The notes beneath the pieces are model-generated. The model was given only the letters and a program-made list of their open reading frames with translations, was not told the origin of the DNA and made no database searches. A program made the position numbers and the translations under genes. This document shows, piece after piece, positions 59,474-64,000 of a DNA stretch of 64,000 nucleotides. The stretch spans positions 352,001-416,000 of the forward strand of contig CAVVPN010000012.1 in assembly GCA_963750165.1 (NCBI GenBank), in the 5' to 3' direction. Position 1 is the stretch's first letter; every line of letters starts with the position of its first letter. This DNA comes from an uncultured Gemmataceae bacterium (GTDB lineage: Bacteria > Planctomycetota > Planctomycetia > Gemmatales > Gemmataceae).

Positions 59474-60322
59474 TCAACCGGGGAGGGCCGCCAGCGCGTG
59501 ATGATTGCCCAGAGTACGGGTGCTGGCGGACACGGCGGGAGAGGAGAACAGTTCTTGCATCAGCTGGGCGTGGTGCAGGTCGGCGATGGAGTCCACCACC
59601 AGATCGGGGCGATAGGCGTAGCGGGTCAGGTCCTCGCGGCGGGTGCCGCCGGACAGCACCAGGACCGTGCGGAAGCCGAGCTGCACGCCGCCCAGGATGT
59701 CCGTGTCCATCGTGTCGCCGATGACGATGGTCTGGTCGGTGGTCAGGCCGAGTTCCTTGCGGGCGGCCCGCAGCATGACCGGGCTCGGCTTGCCGGGACT
59801 GAACGCCCGCACGCCGCTGGCCGCCTCCAGCATGGCCACGATGGCGCCGCAGCCGGGTCGCGTACCGGTCGCCGTGGGACAGTTCGGGTCCGGGTTGGTC
59901 GCCACCAGGCGAGCGCCGCCCAGGACCATGTTCAGCGCCGCCTCCAGCATCTCCGCGTTGAAGGTGCGGCCCTCGCCGACCACAACGAAATCCGGGTCGC
60001 GATCAACGATGGCGTAGCCGTTGTTGTGCAGCGCCGTCAACAGACCACCTTCGCCGATCACGAACGCGGTGCCGTTCGGCTTCTGCAACGCCAGGAAACG
60101 GGCCGTCGCCATGGCGCAGGTGAAGATGTGCTCGTCCTCGACCTCGATGCCGAGCCGTTGCAACCGCGTCGCCACGTCGCGGCGCGTCCGCTGACTGTTG
60201 TTTGTCAAGAACCGGAACGGCACGCCGGCTTCGCGCAGTTCGTGAATGAAGCGGTCGGCCCCCGGGATCAGGGTGTGGCCGCGGTAGATAACGCCGTCCA
60301 TGTCGATCAGGTATCCACACAT
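59474..60322 (-). CDS. HAD-IIA (NagD-like) hydrolase
   Basis: DMDGVIY, LTNNS, TNPD, GKPS, IGDTMDTDI. Confidence 0.92.
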   Translation of the reverse strand: MCGYLIDMDGVIYRGHTLIPGADRFIHELREAGVPFRFLTNNSQRTRRDVATRLQRLGIEVEDEHIFTCAMATARFLALQKPNGTAFVIGEGGLLTALHNNGYAIVDRDPDFVVVGEGRTFNAEMLEAALNMVLGGARLVATNPDPNCPTATGTRPGCGAIVAMLEAASGVRAFSPGKPSPVMLRAARKELGLTTDQTIVIGDTMDTDILGGVQLGFRTVLVLSGGTRREDLTRYAYRPDLVVDSIADLHHAQLMQELFSSPAVSASTRTLGNHHALAALPG

Positions 60323-60686
60323 GGAATGGGCCCTCCTCGGAGACGTGAACGGGCGAACTCTGTCGTTGATGGGGTGCAAAGGATGTGCCGGCCCGGGAAG
60401 CGGTGCAACCTGTCCGGGACAGGCGGGTTAGCGCGAACGTGGCTTTCGTGAAGGCCGGCGGGCTGCGCCAAGGGCGGCAAGTGCTGCCGTTGGGGCGGGC
60501 AATGAATCCGACTCGCCTTCACGCGGTTCACATTTGGCCTTGACCCCTTTCAGACCGACCGCTAAAAGGCCGCTCGCACTTCGGACGGAACCGAAAAGCC
60601 ATCGCCAGACCCGGATCGGGAAGCCGGCCAGTGTCCGCGCAGCCGATCCGGCGCGGCAGGATGCCACGAATCGGGGGAAGGAACCC

Positions 60687-61436
60687 ATGGGAAAGAAGCG
60701 TTTCCTCGAGCTGGCCGGATTGTTCCTGGCCGGCATTACCCTGGCCGGCTGTCAGAACGGCCAACAGTGGGTGCCGCCCAAGAACGGCAGCCCTGGCGTT
60801 GGACCCGGCGGCATGGCCGCCCGGAACGGCACCACCACCGGTCCAGGCGGCACGACCACGACGGTCGGCGCAGGTCAACCGAACGGCACCTCTACCGGCT
60901 CGGGCTACGGGACTGGCTCGGGCTATGGGGCTGGCACGGGCGGCGGCTCGGGCTATGGGACTGGCACGGGCGGGACCAGCATGGGCGGCAGCACAAGCCC
61001 GAACTACCTGTCGGGTGGTTCGTCCGGTCAGCCCGGGTATCGCTCTGTAACGCCTGCGGGCGGTAGCTATGGCAGCTCGGCGCCGGGCGGGGCATCGAAC
61101 TACACGCCGCCGAATCCGTATACTCCGTCGAGCAACCCGACGACGACCACGACCTCGAGCACCAGTTCGGCGGTGAAGACGGATATGAACCGGATGGTGC
61201 CGCCCGGGAACTCGACGACGATGGTGGGCGGCAACCCGCCGCCACCGGCGTCGCCGTACTCCACGTCGATGTCGTCTGCCAACCAGACGGTGCCGCCCGT
61301 GCCTGCGAGCAGCAGCCCCTACGGCACCACCCCAACGTATCCTGTTCAGCCCACGCCAACGTCCTCGACATATGGGTCGAGCACGGTGCCGCCGGTGCCG
61401 ACTCCCACCCCGACGGGGACGGGCTTGTATCACTGA
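60687..61436 (+). CDS. Low-complexity Gly/Thr/Ser/Pro-rich lipoprotein
   Basis: Lipobox LAGC; GSGYG repeats; apparently disordered. Confidence 0.75.
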   Translation: MGKKRFLELAGLFLAGITLAGCQNGQQWVPPKNGSPGVGPGGMAARNGTTTGPGGTTTTVGAGQPNGTSTGSGYGTGSGYGAGTGGGSGYGTGTGGTSMGGSTSPNYLSGGSSGQPGYRSVTPAGGSYGSSAPGGASNYTPPNPYTPSSNPTTTTTSSTSSAVKTDMNRMVPPGNSTTMVGGNPPPPASPYSTSMSSANQTVPPVPASSSPYGTTPTYPVQPTPTSSTYGSSTVPPVPTPTPTGTGLYH

Positions 61437-61513
61437 GGCAAAGCGACTGCGCAAACAAACCGGGGATGCGGGCCTGTTGAACAGAGCCCGCACCCCCGGT
61501 GTTTCGCGCGACG

Positions 61514-62488
61514 TCAGGGCGTCCATGCCAGCGCCCGGATTTCGCCGAACTCGCGCTGCAATTTCTCCCACGTCGCGCCGGCGTCGGTCGAGCGGTACAC
61601 CTGGCCGCTAACGCTGCTGGCGTACACCAGCGCCGGGTCCGCCGGGTGGACCGCGAAGTTCCAGAGCGTGCTGTTGGCCCGCCCCGGGAAGGTCGTCGAT
61701 TGCCAGGTGTCGCCGCCGTCGGTCGAGCGCGCCACCAGACCCTCGCAGCCGGGCGGACGGTCGCCGCAGCCCAGCAGCACCACGCCCGGTTGCCCCAACG
61801 GTTGCGCCAGCGCCCGACAGTAACCCCACGGCAACATCCGCGCTACCTGTAGCGGCCACCACGTCTCGCCGCCGTCGTGGCTGACGTTGAGGTCGTTGTT
61901 GGTCGCCGCCAGCAGCCGGCCCGGCTTGCCGTTGGTGGGTACAAACGCCAGATCGTGAATGTCGCGCGAGCTGAGGCCCTGGCCCATCGGCTGCCAGGTG
62001 CGGCCGGCGTCACGGCTGCGGAACAGGCCGTCGATCTCGACGCCCGCCCAGAGCGTATCCGCGGCGGCGGGGTCGGCACGCAGCGTCGTGACGCGGTTCC
62101 ACAGGATGCGCGGGCACTCCTGCGCGAGCGTCGCCTGGCCCTCGCTCCAGGTGCGGCCGCCGTCCTCCGAGCGGAACAGCCGCGGTGGACAGGTGCCGGC
62201 CAAAAGCAGGTCGGGCTGCTGCGGATGAATCAGCAGCGACCAGAGTTGCCGGCCATTCAGCGGCGATTCGACGGGCTTCCAGGTGTCAGCCCCATCGGCG
62301 CTGCGGAACAGGCCCAGTTCGCAGCCGAGGTAAAGCACTTCCGGCCGCCGGGGATGGACCGCCAGCGCTCGCACATGGCATTCGACGAACATGCCCTCAC
62401 AGGCGCGCATGAAGCTGGCGCCGCCGTCGGTGCTGCGGAACAGCCCCTCGCCCACGGTGCCGACGTAGAGCCGATGTGTGGCGGGCAT
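61514..62488 (-). CDS. BNR/Asp-box beta-propeller protein
   Basis: Repeated S.DGG.TW motifs; start MPATHRLYVG. Confidence 0.85.
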   Translation of the reverse strand: MPATHRLYVGTVGEGLFRSTDGGASFMRACEGMFVECHVRALAVHPRRPEVLYLGCELGLFRSADGADTWKPVESPLNGRQLWSLLIHPQQPDLLLAGTCPPRLFRSEDGGRTWSEGQATLAQECPRILWNRVTTLRADPAAADTLWAGVEIDGLFRSRDAGRTWQPMGQGLSSRDIHDLAFVPTNGKPGRLLAATNNDLNVSHDGGETWWPLQVARMLPWGYCRALAQPLGQPGVVLLGCGDRPPGCEGLVARSTDGGDTWQSTTFPGRANSTLWNFAVHPADPALVYASSVSGQVYRSTDAGATWEKLQREFGEIRALAWTP

Positions 62489-62517
62489 GGATCGCGTCTC
62501 CTGTTGCTGCCGGTTTG

Positions 62518-62736
62518 TTACGAAGGTGTGCCGCCGCGCTGGCACGGCAGTTGCGCAATGCTGTCGCAGCCCGGCGGCAGTGTCGCTTCCTCGATCACCA
62601 GCACGGGAAAGCCGTCCTTGACGGCGAACTTCACGGCGCACTGCTCGCAGACCAGCTGGTCGCCGTCCAGACGCAGCCGTGTCCGGCTCGGGTTCATCGG
62701 GCAGCGCAGGATGTCGAGCAGTTGTTGACTGAGCAT
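62518..62736 (-). CDS. Trm112/YcaR family protein
   Basis: LLDILRCP...LVCEQC...FAVKDGFPVL. Confidence 0.88.
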   Translation of the reverse strand: MLSQQLLDILRCPMNPSRTRLRLDGDQLVCEQCAVKFAVKDGFPVLVIEEATLPPGCDSIAQLPCQRGGTPS

Positions 62737-62753
62737 GGTTGAGATTCTCGGGG

Positions 62754-63971
62754 CTAATAGCGCTCGTCGCCGGCCGGCACGACGCTGCGCACCCGCCACA
62801 TCGCAATGGTGTACCAGATGACCTGGCCGATGTACGCGAAGTTGCCGAACCAGAGCAAAATCAGCGTGATCCACATGATCGCTCGCGATTCGCTTCTGCT
62901 GTTGAAGACCACCAACACCATGATCCAGACGAGCAACCGCAGCCCCCCGTAAGCCGCCGTCACGCCGATCGTTGCCAGGGCACCCCGACCGACGGCACTC
63001 TTGCGCACGTCGCGGGCCACCTGGCGGAGGTACAGCGGCACCAGGACCAGTTCCGCCACGAACAGCAGATGACAAAGCACCAGCATGAACCAGATGCCGG
63101 TAATGCTCCCGTGGCCCAACGCGCCGACCCCCAAAAAATTGTCGAACACGAACCGGATTCTGAAGATCGACGACAGCAGCAGGTCCACGCTTGCCACGGC
63201 GGTCACGGCGATGGCCAGCCCCAGTTTGCCGCGCTCCTTGGGCCCGATGATGAAGAACACATAGCCCACCAGCGCCGTCAGACTCCCCAGGGCGGACACG
63301 ATCTCGCCGATTTTGAACAGGATCCCGGAGGTGTCGCCACCGCCGGCGCCGGCGCTGGTCGGCGACCCAGTGAGCAGCTGGATAATCTGGATCGAATACA
63401 GCAGATGGCCGATCAACTCGAGCAGGAACGACCCCGCCCAGATGCAGCTGCCGATGAACGTCAGCAGCATCCCCAGGCGGACGAAGAACCACGGCGGCAG
63501 CCCACTACCGCGGTCGTCGCGCCGGCCACGGCGGCGCGGCTCGTAGTCGTCCTCGTAGGGCTCCTCGTAGACTTCCGCCACCTGCGGCAGTTCTTCCACC
63601 TGATCCAGGTTGGCGAACGGGGCCGGCGCGGCGGCGGCGGGCCGGCGCGGCGGCGGTGGGGGTGGCGGCGCGGCCGCGGGCTCATCGTCCACCAGTTCCA
63701 CGCGCAGCGGCTGCCGGGGCGGTGGCGTACTGGTACGGGACGGCGTCGGCGGCGGCGCCGGGGACGGCGCCTCGTCCAGTTGCAGGTTGGGGAACGAGCC
63801 GCTCGACGCCTCACTCGGGGCCGCCGGCGTCGCGGGCCCCTCGGCCGAGGCGAACGGGATGGTCAGGGCCGTGGCGCACTTGGGACACTTGGCCTTCTTG
63901 CCGGCCTTGTCCGCGCCGACGCGCAGCACCTGGTTGCAGGAATAACACTGGAAGCTGATCGTGGCGGACAT
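62754..63971 (-). CDS. Zinc-ribbon + Pro-rich linker + multi-TM membrane protein
   Basis: FQCYSC...AGKKAKCPKC, Pro-rich region, DDYEPRRR, about 6 TM helices. Confidence 0.8.
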   Translation of the reverse strand: MSATISFQCYSCNQVLRVGADKAGKKAKCPKCATALTIPFASAEGPATPAAPSEASSGSFPNLQLDEAPSPAPPPTPSRTSTPPPRQPLRVELVDDEPAAAPPPPPPPRRPAAAAPAPFANLDQVEELPQVAEVYEEPYEDDYEPRRRGRRDDRGSGLPPWFFVRLGMLLTFIGSCIWAGSFLLELIGHLLYSIQIIQLLTGSPTSAGAGGGDTSGILFKIGEIVSALGSLTALVGYVFFIIGPKERGKLGLAIAVTAVASVDLLLSSIFRIRFVFDNFLGVGALGHGSITGIWFMLVLCHLLFVAELVLVPLYLRQVARDVRKSAVGRGALATIGVTAAYGGLRLLVWIMVLVVFNSRSESRAIMWITLILLWFGNFAYIGQVIWYTIAMWRVRSVVPAGDERY

Positions 63972-64000
63972 GGATGGCACCCAGAGGGAAAATTGCAGAT

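Overview
GC-rich bacterial chromosomal segment, most likely Planctomycetota (Gemmataceae-like). This is inferred from a DUF1501 protein, a BBP7-type beta-barrel, a planctomycete 'LEALEERxLL' export signal and a PEP-CTERM protein. It holds about 47 genes. Housekeeping genes are thiO, dapF, guaA, proC, rpmA, HU, dnaG-rpoD and a second sigma-70 factor. Other genes include a CzcBA-type heavy-metal RND pump, a pair of dynamin-like GTPases, a SNF2 helicase, a surface protein carrying both cyclophilin and FKBP domains, a probable type II toxin-antitoxin pair and two giant uncharacterised proteins. About 11 genes carry single indels, most simply read as long-read consensus errors. Intergenic DNA is rich in palindromic REP-like repeats of many families, including TAGAGCGGTTC-ended MITE-like shells and two palindromes inserted in frame in a CDS. 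No tRNA, rRNA, CRISPR array or transposase was seen. The best leads are: (i) two exported Cys/His-rich leader ORFs ending in RPP/RAPP motifs directly upstream of metal-handling genes (candidate metal-sensing ribosome-arrest peptides); (ii) a cargo gene between 99-bp inverted REP arms; (iii) a two-gene cassette bracketed by a duplicate of the helicase promoter/RBS/start; (iv) a structured RNA of about 185 nt starting at a predicted TSS upstream of the alternative sigma factor; (v) the dual-PPIase surface protein with a duplicated, decayed tail.
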